From Lama guanicoe (Eukaryota), in assembly GCA_013239625.1 (NCBI GenBank), contig MU054187.1, forward strand, positions 808,001 to 872,000: DNA of 64,000 bases, given 5' to 3'. Positions 22,803 to 35,386 of the stretch are shown here, in pieces; the stretch's first letter is position 1, and each line of letters opens with the position of its first letter. The notes beneath the pieces are model-generated. The model was given only the letters and a program-made list of their open reading frames with translations. It ran no database searches and was not told the origin of the DNA. Position numbers and translations under genes: made by a program.

Positions 22803-22876
22803 CTCCTTCCTTCCTTCCTTCCTTCCTTCCTTCCTCCCTCCCTTCCTTCCTTCTTTCCTTTCCTTCTTTCTCTCTT
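22537..22876 (+). repeat. Compound polypyrimidine microsatellite (CCCT/CCTT/CTTT)n, ~340 bp
   Basis: Directly visible; almost no purines on the + strand. Confidence 0.97.
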
Positions 22877-22904
22877 GGCAGTATTGTTCCCATCCACTCT
22901 TCCC

Positions 22905-23225
22905 CACCCATACAATTTAAATGGACTAAAGATTGAATGGAAGACCATCTCAAATCATAAAACGCCTAGAAGACAACATAGGTGGTAGGTTCCTTGATGT
23001 TGATGTTGGCGATGACTTTAGGATTTGACACACAAAGCAAGGGCAACAGAAGCAAAAGTAAATAAGTAGGACGACATAAGACTTCTGCACAAAAGGAGAC
23101 CGTCAACAAAATGAAAGGGAACTACTGAATGGGAGAGAATATTTGCCAGTCAGATACCTCACTATCGGTTAATAACCATAATACACACACGCAAAAAGTC
23201 ACAAAACTCAATAGGAAAATAACCC
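22905..23225 (+). mobile_element. Degraded L1 ORF2 fragment
   Basis: aaatggactaaagattgaat...cctagaagacaacatagg...aagcaaaagtaaataagtagg...cttctgcacaaaaggagaccgtcaacaaaatgaaa. Confidence 0.8.
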
Positions 23226-24777
23226 TCCAACCCCCCCCCAAAACCTGATCCCTGATGCCTACAAGGTTGAACACAGACTCAGACTAACTTATGTCGTAGT
23301 ATACGGGGCCACAGATGGGCATAATTATTACGTTAAGCTTGCAAAATCTGAAATAGTCAGAGCAACGCTGACTGTTACACTCAGGGTAGCTGTTATGGCC
23401 AAACTGCATCTCCTCAAAGTCCATGGGTGGAGAGGATGGAGAGCGGCAAGGGGAGGGTCCTCAGAGGAAGCCGGCAGACTGCAGGACTGCCATCGCTGAC
23501 TTCCCGCCCCCAGAATGGGACAAAATAAGCGTCTGGTGCTGAAGGCACCCAGCCTGTGGGACTTGGCTGAGAAAAATATGTAAAGAGAAAATTGTGATCG
23601 CCTTTGTATTTGTTGTGCATTTATGTTACATGGCATTGTTACCATGGCTCTTATATTTGTAGTATATATAACATATAATGTTAATGAATAAATATTTATA
23701 CCCTCTTGACTGCAATATGTGATGTTGACTATTATACACTTGAACCAATTCCTTGTTGGAAACTGGCATTTATCCCATATTTCACTGTCTGAGCAAAGTT
23801 ACAAGTGTAATTTTACAGGTATTTGGCATACTTTTTCAACCATAAATAAAATTCTAGGTGTGAAGACACCGGGTCAAAAGTTATGAATATTTGAAAGTCT
23901 CTACTGTGCATGAACACATTGCCTTACAGAAATGCTGTGTCGATTTGTGCTTCTACCAGGAGTCACCTCTCATTAAAAATTCTTCCTCACTACTCAGTAA
24001 ACCTAACTTTCTATTAACTGAGACTCATTCTCTAAGTCTTTTGGCAGGTGAATTGTTTCACTGTAAATATCTTGTTGACTTGAACTGCAATCTGCTTTGC
24101 ATGATTTAGAGACCCCGCGTTTGTCACTGATACCGGTCTCCAACCCTGTGCTTTAACAGGGTTTGAAAAGTTCTTTCATAAATTTGTTTTAAAAGATTTA
24201 GCTGTCTATTTTCCATTTTTCTTTCATCAGTTTAAGCTTAGCTTTATTCTATTTTTCTTCCCACAGGGTTACTTTTTTCCTTTATTCTTTCCCAAGGACA
24301 ATTATAAATAGATTTGTTTTTTAAAGCATCTACTTCCTCATGCAGTATGTGCATCCCCCACAGTCTCGACTATTGTGATCTGTTCTGTATTTATCCTTAG
24401 TAGTTCCATGTTCAGATGGCTCTAATTATTTTTAAAAATCTGTGGGACTACGAAAGCTGCCTTGGTGTTTCTTTTACTCTTTTTCTTAGTTATATCTTCC
24501 TGAAAAATATAAGATGCTTCTAATCATATTTTCATGGGTAGCCCTTGAACTATTTATAGTTTTAATTTTGGTCAAACCATGTACCCATATTAAATATCTC
24601 TAATTTATTTTGCTGTTTTCCATAGAAAGAGGTGGAACTCCTCCACAGAGCTGATCACCTCCCAGGAGAGTGTGATTTTCCTTTGCGCATAGTTGGGCGC
24701 ATGACATTCGGCCATTTGCGACAACACAGATGGGCTTAGAGGGTGTTACGCTCAGCGGAACAAGCCAGGAATATCTC

Positions 24778-25283
24778 AGGCCATAGTTTTCCCTGTGAAC
24801 TTGACTGGGTCACAGGATGCCCAGCTACTTGGCCAGACGTTGTTTCTCAGTGTTTTTCCTGACTGAAGTCGGCGTGGGGCTCCGTGGACTCAGGAGAAGC
24901 AGATTACCCTCCCAATGTGGGTGGGCCTCGTCCCACCTGCCGACGGCCAGCATGAAACAAAACACAGAAAGAGGAAGAATTCAGCCTTTCCCTGCTGACT
25001 GCTGAGCTGGGGCGGTTCTCTCCTCCTGACATTGCTGCCCTGGCTGACATCACGGGCTCTCCTCCGGCACCTGCTCGCAGAAGGCAGGTTGTGAGACTTT
25101 CTCAGCCTCTGAAACCGTGTGGGCGAGTCCTTCTGATAAACGTCTTCACGATAAATCAGATCTGTTTGTCTGTCTGTTTATCTGTCTGCCTGTCTATTAT
25201 CTATCTATCAGTCTGTTTCTCTATCACTTATCTCTCTCTCACTCTAGATTTCTGTTTCTCTGGAGAAAGCTGGCTAATCCACA
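24778..25283 (+). mobile_element. MLT2-family (ERVL) LTR
   Basis: tgtgaacttgactgggtcacaggatgccca...aagcagattaccctcccaatgtgggtgggcctc...ttctgtttctctggagaaagctggctaatccaca, with an internal (TCTR)n tract. Confidence 0.8.
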
Positions 25284-25546
25284 GGCTAATGTTGAAAAAC
25301 TACTGAACTAATTATGGGAAGACTACAGTTACCTTATTAGAAGACCTGGGGGAAGCGCGACGTGCGCAGCCGAGGAAGACGCACAGTACGTGCTGAGGAG
25401 GCACCGCCGGAGCTGGGGGACTGGGGTCCCCCGAGGGAACCGGTCAGCCTCGGGGGACTTGGGGCTTTCTCTCCTGCCAGGCTGACTCCCACCCCAGGCT
25501 ACCTGTCGTCATCCCTGTGCACATCGTGTTCCGCCTCCACCCCCAC

Positions 25547-25582
25547 CACATGCGCGCGCGCGCGCACACACACACACACGCG
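25547..25582. repeat. (CG)n(CA)n alternating purine-pyrimidine tract
   Basis: cacatgcgcgcgcgcgcgcacacacacacacacgcg, 36 bp. Confidence 0.95.
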
Positions 25583-26974
25583 GTAGTACCGAGTCCTCCT
25601 TGAGCCGGAAGTCCTCTTCTCGCGACCCCAGGGCACTTTCTAGGGCTTGCCCTGCACGCGCGTCCTTGGCTGAGACTATGTTCCCGCTGCATCTGTGCCC
25701 GCTGATGTCCGCTCCTCAAAGAGCAACTGGGTTTGCTTCCGTCGCCGCCCTGCTGCCTTGTGTAGGCGCCACCCGCCCGGCCGCCCCCCAGGCCTGCAGC
25801 TGAACTGGGCCCCACAGTCCGTCCTCAGTGCTGAGAAGCCGTCGGCACCGCAGCCCGTGCACCCGCGCAGCGCGCGGGGTTTCTCCCCCTCGCCCTCCTC
25901 TGACCCCGAGCTTCCCTGGCAACCCATCTTTATGCGTTCCTCTAACTTCCCTTTTCTACCTCAGAGCATCTAATTTATTTGCAAAGACTTGGCTTCGCTG
26001 CTAGAAGCTGCAGGCGCCTGCCAATTTTAGGCTCTCAGATGTGCAAGAACCACCCAAAAGGGCCAGTTTGTTTCTGCTTTATAATTTTCAAATACACGAG
26101 AGCACAAGTTGCAAAAGAACATAGAAAGTTTTCTTTTAAGAGTTGGGTATCGCTTCATGGGAATGAATTCGCTGTTTAAATTGAGATCACGTGCCTTCAC
26201 TGCGGACCCGAGGGGGGCGGGAGGTAACAGCGAGAAGCGCTCTAGCGGGCGGACATGAGCTTTATTTCCTGCGGCGCGAGTTCAAGTCTCCCATCTTGTG
26301 TATTTCTCCCTCATGTGACATGCTCTGAGCTCCCCCAGCCTGCTGACCTGGTGGGGACTTCTGCGTCGTCATTTACTTTGGAATGCCATCTTCCTCCCGC
26401 TCAGTTCCCCCAGGTCATCTGAGGTCACGGGACCTTCCTTGCTCTGTAATGCTCAGGAACTTTGGTCTAAGGACGGTCGCCAGTGATGTCAGTCTCCTGG
26501 AGGTGGTGGCCCCCTGCTCCTGGCCGCCTTTGGGCAGAAGGGCACGTCCAGGGCTGAGCCCGGGTTCTTGGGCTGAGCGTTGACCCCCAGAAATTCCCTT
26601 CCGAGGCTCTTGTCCCTGCCATGCGTCCCAGAGTTGTGTGGCAGGTCGGCTCTATGAGGATCTGTTTTGGCCTCTGTCGCCTTCCCTTGCTGGGGGAAAC
26701 GGCCTCAGTTCTTCTCCCGCTAATTCTAAGCTTCTTTCCTTTAGGACAATTCAGCTCTTCCTGAGAACAAGAGTTCTCAACTCTGCCAGGGGTCATGGAA
26801 AGGAAGTTCCAGAAACGCGCGCCCCAAAACCTGTCCTACTGAAGCCCCTCCTCACGGTGGGGGGGGGCGCATGGCAGACAAGGGGACAGAAGGCTCACGT
26901 CTGTTCTTCCTGGTACTTCTGCGTCGGCAAGGGCGGGTCTGTGGTCCTACCGAGACGACAAACAGCCACCATGC

Positions 26975-27200
26975 GACTGTTTGCTGAGCACTCGTGCCAG
27001 TGGTTTCCCCAAGCGTTTCATCACATGCACATTTCACTTGTACTGCGTTTAAGGCACAGAAGAAACTAAGGAAAGTGCTCATTCTGCTGACGGATAGACT
27101 GAGGTTTCAAGAGCTCAGACTGGGCAAGACCTCACAGGTAGCTGCACCTGGTCAATCCAGGATTCAAATCATGGCTTTCAATTTTGAAATCTTAGTTTGA
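26975..27200 (-). mobile_element. MIR
   Basis: tttgctgagcactcgtgccag...agactgaggtttcaagag...ggcaagacctcacaggtag...ccaggattcaaatc. Confidence 0.55.
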
Positions 27201-30200
27201 ACACTGTGGTACATAAAAGTCTGCCGAACATGGAAATGGCACATTTTTGCACATCTGCACTGAACACGGAGCGACGGGGCAGCGGCTCGGTCAGCCTCTG
27301 GCTGCGGTTTCTGCCCCCCGAGGAGGCCGAACCACGGATGCAGGGCCATGGGTGCTGGGCCGGCTGGGCCCCCGGACTCGCCACCCCACACGAGGATGTG
27401 CAGGACCTGAGTCTGCAGACTTTTTCAGGGACTTTTATTTAAAGTCCCTGAGACAAACATTAATTTACCACCATTGAGTATTTTTGCCTGAAATGAGCCG
27501 GCTTCACCTGGCTACGCTACCTCTGGGCCTGCGGCAGGCCGAGAGCACCATTGTCATTGAAGTGTAAGGCAGCGTGTCCCTCTGAAGGGACAGTGATGAT
27601 AAATGTCACCACATTTCATAAGGCTTTTTTTTTTTTTAACTTTAGAGGATTTTTGTAAAGCTGACAACTTTTCAGAAAATAAGACTGTTAGGAAATGGGA
27701 TTTTTATTCTTCAGAGACCTTTCCTCCGCTTACCGCGACCATCAGGTTGCTCAGGGCACCTCGGGGGTAAGGGTGTTCGTTGCTGTTTTTGTTGTGTTTT
27801 GTGCCTTCCAAGTTACGCTGACCCCTGGAGGGCATGCTGAGGACGCGGCGGGCCGCCCGCCCAGACTCTGCCCTGTGGTCTCTTCCAGCGGCTGGCTCTG
27901 ATCCGCATCTTCTTGCTATAATCAGCCTGTGATTTTAAGCTTAGGGCTTTCCTGCATTCCGGGTCACTGCGGAGAATTCCTGAACCTGCGGGGCTCTGTG
28001 GGGAGCCCCCGACTTTAGCCGGCTTGTCTGAAGTGAGGGTGTCCCTAGGCTGTCGAACATCTGGGGCAGGCCTGGTGGTCTGGAGTCGTGACCCGGGTGG
28101 CCTCAAAGAGCTGGGCGTGACAATGACATTGTGACACTGAATTAAAGGTGATGCAGGTCTGGTTCCTTTTGCTGGATTTCTCTCTTTTGACTGGACACTT
28201 GCTTGTCACCCTGCTCGATGCAGCCTCAGGTCCTAAACAAACCCACCTGCCCCAATTCTTAAAAACCTAATTTTTAAAGTAATAACTGGAATTAGATGTG
28301 GCTTCACTTTCCTCAAATGCTGCCTTTGTGTGGGGATAATTCATCTTCATGGTTTGTCGGAGCTTCCGGAGTAATATTTATTATGATGTCTGTTTGGGCT
28401 AAAAATACTTGTTGGCTTATTGTGAAGTCAGTGAACTGAACGAACTAACGACTAGTGAATTGCAAATGTGCAAGGCTTCGGTGGAATTTTACTTTTGAGT
28501 TAATTCCTAAAGAAGACGCCAATACGGTGAATCCGTTTAATGTCACTCCTGGTAACGGATGGTTTCGGAGACGCTCAGTATTCAAAATAAATATTAATGA
28601 ATGGCTGGCGCCCTTTGCGGTCTCACCCTGTTAAAATAAAGTTAGTTGTTTGCTGGTTTAACACAATCTTTTAAAGATTGTAGAAAATTCTAGAAAAGGC
28701 AGAACTGTGACGCTGAGGTCCACACTGCACAGCAGGCGTGTGTGTCTGCAGCTGCCCCCCCGAGCGTGGGGGCTGTTGAGGTGAGACTCCCGCCACTTGG
28801 TCACTGTCAGAGTTGGGAAACCCGTTGCTTTCGCAGAGTGAGACCAGCCAGGCACGCGGCCCCACACTGCGCCAGCCGCCAGCCTGCCCTGCAGACACGG
28901 CCTCTTCAAGGCTGCGCTGCGCGTCGGAGTGACTGTCCACAGCAGCCCTGCTTGGACAGTGCCTCGCATTCCACCACGAACATCGTCTCTCCGAGCGAAG
29001 CAGAGCACGCACACTCCGCTGCTCTGGCACAGGTGAGGCGTCCGCTCAATTACAGTTCAAAGGAGTTTCGCTTATTTCATATCTCGTGTACAAATACCTT
29101 TTTACTGTCTCTCAGTTCATCTGTCCGAGGTCCTGCTTTATAAGGGATGGACTCGCTTCTCGGGGGTTGGGACGCACTGCTGCAAGTTGGTGATGGGGGA
29201 GTCTGCGAGGGTGACCCAGAGCTGCTCCTGGTCTGGCCCATTTTCTCCTCTCACACTTATGATGACGGACAACACAGGGACAATCTGACAGGCTAGCAGT
29301 CAACCTTCTAAAATAGATCATGAGAACTGCAAAGCGAATGTGCATCTGTCGCCTTACAGACCCTGCTGTCTGTGGAACGAGCATCATGACCGAGTCTCTG
29401 CACCAAGCGGCCAGCACCCGGGCTCAGATTCGTCTGCGATTTTCTCGTTGCACTGGCTCAGAAAGCCCGGATTTGCTCATTTAAAACACGTTAAATTGAT
29501 ATCGATTTTAATCTATTTATCAAGTGGAGTATTTTTTTACACCTAGCAATTCCCAAATTTCCTTTTAAATGAAAAATAGCTTGTATTATTTTATCTTTTT
29601 CCCCCATGGATGGAAATCTGTCGTGGGCTGGTAAACGATTTGCCAGGCTTGCACCGTTTGCTCTTCATTCTCCAGGGGCGAACGCTCCCGCCACGCAGAC
29701 TCGCGCTGTCTTGTGGCGACACTGAGGCTGAGAAGTTGAGAAGGGATGCTAACAACCAGTTTCCTCGAGGCTCTGAGCTGCTCCAGCACATCCCTCCACG
29801 TAATTTAGTTACCGTGGGGCAGGGGTGGCAGGATTTCTAAATTGCAGTGGAAAAAAATACAGAGATAAGTGTAGGCATCTCAGGGAAACGTTAACCTTTA
29901 CTGAGTCAATGCATTGTCTCTGGATTATGAAATCAGGCGCACGCTAACCCAGTTCTGTTTTCATTAAATAAGTGGTTTTAAATTAACATCGTAGATGGAA
30001 GGAACTAAAAACACCCAGAAAGAGAAGCCCCGTCGGCCTTCACAAGTCTCTAACGGGAAGCAGCAAGGTCCCTTGGGACTGATACACAAATCCGGAGAGA
30101 AACGCAGGTTAATCCTGGAAATCCTTTGCACATCCTTTTTGCGTGGGAATTTGAGAATAAAGTCACCCATAGTGAGAAAAGTACATTGAAAGACGTTGAG

Positions 30201-30564
30201 AAGGGGGGTGAGCGCCGCAGTCTCACACCAGCCAAGGCTCAAAGCGCAGGAGAATCGTCATTATCGCCCTTCTTACCAGCCGACCACAAGAACTCTGTAA
30301 GGAGGCAGATCAAGTCTCAGCAGTGCGCAGGGCTTTTGTCTTATTTATACTTAGATCCTGAAATAACCATCATCTGATCCACCAGAAAGTGTGGCTTCTT
30401 ATCATTAATGAGCACAGACTGGGGACAAACACAGTACTCACTCCTCGCTGTCAGTATGTGTTCATTACAGAAATGCCACCTGGTGGGACCGTTACGCAGG
30501 AGGCGCCTCTGGTTTGTGCACCAGAGAAACCTGGATCCGCGTGCCTGCACTTTCATTAAACAGA

Positions 30565-30700
30565 TGGACAACCCGCCTGCTAACAGACTCGTTTCCTCAC
30601 CTGTAAGATGGACAGGATAGCATCTTCCTCGGGAGGTGATTTTAAGGATTAACAAGAGCGCGTGCACAGCCCCTGCGCGCTGGGGAAGTGTCCCACCGTG
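30565..30700 (+). mobile_element. MIR
   Basis: gtttcctcacctgtaagatggacaggatagcatcttcctcgggaggtgattttaaggattaa. Confidence 0.6.
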
Positions 30701-31679
30701 GCCGCGCTCGGCGGTGGCACCGTGGCCAGAGCTGAAACGAGGAGACAAGCTCCAAACGGACTGGAAGCTTGTTCCTGTCACAGAATCGCCACGAACAAAA
30801 ACAGGCTTCGGCACAAGTGTCTTGTCTCTGACCCTGGTTTTTCTTTCAAAGACACTGTTGAACAATACAAAGCTACTTGGTGAGAAACGACGTTGATAAT
30901 GTAAGTGGGGCTGCTAAAATCAAAATATTCGTTCTTCCTGGCCCGAGAGACAGGTGTAGGATCTCCACATTGCGTTTCGCTGGTGCAGACGGGAATGTAA
31001 AGTAAAAACAAAGGTTGCTATCTGCAGTATCTGTACTGTTTGCAAACATCTAAGAGCAGTGATTGGCTTTAGCACAGCCGCTGAGAAGCGGTGGCGTGTG
31101 CCAGGCAGACGTGCGTCCGGGGTCCCTGGCTGTGGCTTTCTGTTCAGCCTCGCCGCGTCTCCTGTCGCTGCCAGCACTTAGCACAGCTCGCGTCCCCCCA
31201 CTGCCGGGTCAGGGGCGCGGCCGGCTCAGCGGTGCTTCTGCGCGGGGTCTCCATCATGTGGCCCTGGGCCGCCTCCCTCTGGAGGCTGGACGGGAAGAGC
31301 CAGCTTCCAGGAACCAGGGCGGCTGACTGGATCTGTTCTATTGCAGCTGCTGGACGTCAGCCGGCAGCCACCCACCTCGCCGTGTGGGAATCCCAACACC
31401 AAGGTGGGAGAGAAGGTACCTGGGTCTGTTTGCCGAGACGGAGGGTTAAGTGACAGCGAAATCGTGCAGGTGGAGACACCGCACCTTCACCGTGTTTATC
31501 GCACAGGAGCAAGTCCCAGTTTCTGTCCACAGATGGGCGTGAACAGCCTTACACGAAGGCGTGCACTTCCTCGTGTGCACACAAGGGGGCGAACACCAGG
31601 ACGTGGGTTTGACACGAGTTCACCTTCTAGTGTGCTGGCCACAAGTACCAAGTAATTTGAATTTAAAATGATGTAAATG

Positions 31680-31747
31680 AATCACTGTGCTGTTCACCAG
31701 AAACTAACACAAAATTGTAAATTGACATACTTCAATTAAAAATAAAA
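31680..31747 (+). mobile_element. L1 extreme 3' tip
   Basis: aatcactgtgctgttcaccagaaactaacacaaaattgtaaattgacatacttcaattaaaaataaa. Confidence 0.75.
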
Positions 31748-32294
31748 CACAATGATTTATGGAGACATTGCTTGTTACATCTTTGATAGCATGTTTGTAT
31801 GCCAATCAATGTTTGATCATTTGAACAAGTTTTACCCTGAATCTCAGCGAGACGTTTGATCTTGTTGTGAGAATAAACCCAGAGAACAGGAGCAGATGAC
31901 TGTGAAAGGCTCGGAACACAGGCTTCTTTGGAAAATGCTCTGCAGGAGGTGGGCACCCTGAGCTTACTCGGGGGATTTCCACCACTTTGGTAAAGACAGC
32001 GGGTGGACAGTCCCACAGACCCGTGAGCTGGTGGCTGAGGAGGCGCCGCCAAGGCCCAGGGCTCCAGGGAGATGGAGCGCCTTCATCCCCTCTGCGTGGG
32101 GATGCCCCTCTGGCCCCCATGTGCCTGGATGGGAGAATGATTTACGGAAGCACTTTGTCTCCTTTTTATGGAAGCAATCCCACCGTCCAGGCTGTCCTGG
32201 AAGTCTGGCCTTTGCACAGATGCAGACTCACTCCATGTAATCCCATCCTGGACGTGCGCTTTATTGGCGCCCAACCCCTTCTAAAGACGGGCGT

Positions 32295-32830
32295 TGTGTT
32301 CATTACCTGTTGTTACGCGACGAGTGACCCCAGACGTGGCTTAGGTAGCGGGTAACTGTGTTTCAGGATGTCTGTCCCAGAGGTCTGGGCGTGCTTGGCT
32401 GGGGGCCTCCCCCCACAACCCCTGGTGAGGTCACGGCAGGCCAGGTGCCAGCTGGGGCCGCGTCGCCCCGGGGCTCGGGGGCCGACAGGCCTGCTCTGGG
32501 CTCACCCACGAGCTGCTGGCTGCTGGCAGGTTCGCCTCTTTCCTGGCTGTCGGCTGGAGCTCGGGCTTCTCCACAGGGCTGCCCAGCCCTGGGCCGTGTG
32601 TCCCCGGCGGCTGGGTGTCTGAGGGCGTGAGAGTGGACAGGACCTCCCCGCAGGACGGCAGCCTCTGGAGAAGCTCATCCGGTGGGTGGCCACCCACCAC
32701 TTCTGCCGTCTGTGTCCTTGGGAGTGAGGTGCTAGGTCTGGTTTACACTCGGGTGGGGGCTGCCGACGGAAGGGGGTCCAGGGATCAGGACCGCCGTGGG
32801 CGTCTCAGCGGCACCTGCCACAGGTGCTGG
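32295..32830. mobile_element. MLT1-like MaLR LTR, GC-shifted
   Basis: tgtgttcattacctgttgttacgcgacgagtgaccccagacgtggctta...gggcgtgcttggctggg...gagctgctggctgctggcagg...cttctgccgtctgtg. Confidence 0.5.
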
Positions 32831-33982
32831 CTGTCACCACAAACTGGAACATGACACGAGGAGGGATGGCGACATGCACTTAGAGGCCACAAGGGACCAG
32901 GAGTCTCCATCACATGCTTTTATCTGCACACGACTTTGGAAGCTGAGCTTCAGAGACGTTCCAGATGTGGCTGAGGTCCCAGCACAGTGGTGCTTGTTTG
33001 ATCCGAAGCCTGCGCCCACCAGGTGTCCCCTCCAGGCAGTGCCTGGCTGGGCTCAGCCTCTGTCCCTCGTCAGGCACCACGCGGTACTGGCGACGACTGC
33101 TTAACGGGACGAGAGAGCGGTTCACAGGCCTACCGGGTTCTAAACCATGGTGCGTAGGAGGTAGCTTCAACATTCTGCATTTTGCTGAAGATCCTTAAAA
33201 AACAGGGCAGCCAGGACCTGGTTGTTCAAATGAGTTAAGTTCAGTGTGTTGTGTGTTGTTCTGTGGGTGGTTTTGGTGACACTTTCTAGGGGCCCGTTTC
33301 TGACCTGCTTAGCCCTTCAGTCCTCCTCTCTCTGCTCCTTCTTCACGTAAACACGCACTCACCCTCATGCACACTCTCACACACACACTCATACACACAC
33401 TCACACACTGACTATTCAGAAACCAGAGCTGAAGGTGCATGTTGGTCACCGTGACTTCCCACGTCCATTCTACCTGTAAGTCCTCCCACTCGTCCTCTGT
33501 CCTTCCTGGAGGATTCTGTCCATCATCAGACTTCCCACCTGCCCGATCCACCCAGTCACTTGAGAGCTTATAGCCGTCATTAAAATGAAATCAATGACAC
33601 GTCGGCTCTCTCTCTCCTGTTCCTGAATTACATCCTGTGGATGTTCCATGAATTTTCAACGTTACGTCTGATTGTTCAAAGTCTAACCCAGTTCAAAAAC
33701 CCAACCTCAAAAACGGTTTAACCCTTCTCTTCCCCTTCTCCCAAAAAATTAAATTCCCCCAATCACAGCCCTCGAGCAAGGCTCCCCCCTCACGTCACGA
33801 GTGGCCGCCAGCACCGAGTCAACTTCTGTCCCTTGAGTGACGCCCAGAGTCGCGGGGACTGTCTTAACACGTCACCTTCCTTAAACCGAGGGTCCTACTC
33901 TCTCCCAAAGAGGACAGCGAGCGTTCTGCTTGTGTTCCTTCCCGAAAAGCACACGATGAATCCTCTTCTATAAGAGAAAAAG

Positions 33983-35386
33983 ACAAACTTTTGGTCAACT
34001 CATCTTCAACATAGGAGGCAAGAATATACAATGGAATAAAGACAGTCTCTTCAGCAAATGGTGTTGGGGAAACTGGACAGCAGCATGTAAAGCAATGAAG
34101 CTAGAACACTCCCTTACACCATACACAAAAATAAACTCAAAATGGATCAAAGACTTAAACATAAGACAAGATACAATAAAACTCCTAGAGGAAAACATAG
34201 GCAAAACATTATCTGATACACATTTCAAAAATTTTCTCCTAGAAGAAATAAAAGCAAGAATAAATAAATGGGACCTAATGAAACTTACAAGCTTCTGCAC
34301 AGCAAAGGAAACCAGAAGTAAAACAAGAAGAAAACCTACGGAATGGGAGAAAATTTTTGCAAGTGAAACCGACAAAGGCTTGATCTCCAGAATATATAAG
34401 CAGCTCATACGACTCAATAAGAAAAAAATAAACAACCCAATCCAAAAATGGGCAGAAGACCTAAACAAGCAATTCTCCAAGGAAGACATACAAATGATCA
34501 AAAAGCACATGAAAAAATGCTCAATATTACTAATTATCAGAGAAATGCAAATCAAAACTACAATGAGGTATCACCTCACACCAGTCAGAATGGCCGTCAT
34601 TCAAAAATCCACAAATGACAAATGCTGGAGAGGCTGTGGAGAAAGGGGAACCCCCCTACACTGCTGGTGGGAATGCAGTTTGGTGCAGCCACTATGGAAA
34701 ACAGTGTGGAGATTCCTCAAAAGACTAGGAATAGACTTACCATATGACCCAGGAATCCCACTCCTGGGCTTGTATCCAGAAGGAAATCTACTTCAGGATG
34801 ACACCTGCACTCCAATGTTCATAGCAGCACTATTTACAATAGCCAAAACATGGAAACAGCCTAAATGTCCATCAACAGGTGACTGGATAAAGAAGATGTG
34901 GTATATTTATACAATGGAATACTACTCAGCCATAAAAACCGACAACATAATGCCATTTGCAGCAACATGGATGCTCCTAGAGAATGTCATTCTAAGTGAA
35001 GTAAGCCAGAAAGAGAAAGAAAAATACCATATGAGATCGCTCATATGTGGAATCTAAAAAACAAAAACAAACAAACAAACAAAAACAAAGCATAAATACA
35101 GGACAGAAATAGACTCATGGACAGAGAATACAGACTTGTGGTTACCAGGGGGGTAGAGGGTGGGAAGGGATAGACTGGGATTTCAAAATTGTAGAATAGA
35201 TAAACAAGATTACACTGTATAGCACAGGGAAATATACACAAAATGTTATGATAAATCACAGAGAAAAAAATGTGACAATGAGTGTGTATATGTCCATGAA
35301 TGACTGAAAAATTGTGCTGAACACTGGAATTTGACACAACATTGTAAAATGATTATAAATCAATAAAAAGTGTTAAAAAAAAAAAG
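33983..35386 (+). mobile_element. Young 5'-truncated LINE-1 (1.4 kb) with TSD and poly-A tail
   Basis: Perfect 10-bp TSD agagaaaaag (33973-33982 / 35387-35396); AATAAA plus A-tail at 35362-35385; ORF2 frame uninterrupted. Confidence 0.97.
33984..35057 (+). pseudogene. L1 ORF2p C-terminal fragment, 357 open codons including the CCHC-type Cys-rich motif; no endonuclease or RT domain
   Basis: [28 protein letters not shown]...KWIKDLN...[18 protein letters not shown]...[13 protein letters not shown]...SLICGI*. Not an independent host gene. Confidence 0.93.

Noticed and set aside
22481..22953. K/E/R/G-rich ORFs on the minus strand
   Set aside because: Translations of the polypurine microsatellite.
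33995..34555. 186-aa hydrophobic minus-strand ORF
   Set aside because: Antisense frame of L1 ORF2, a common artefact.
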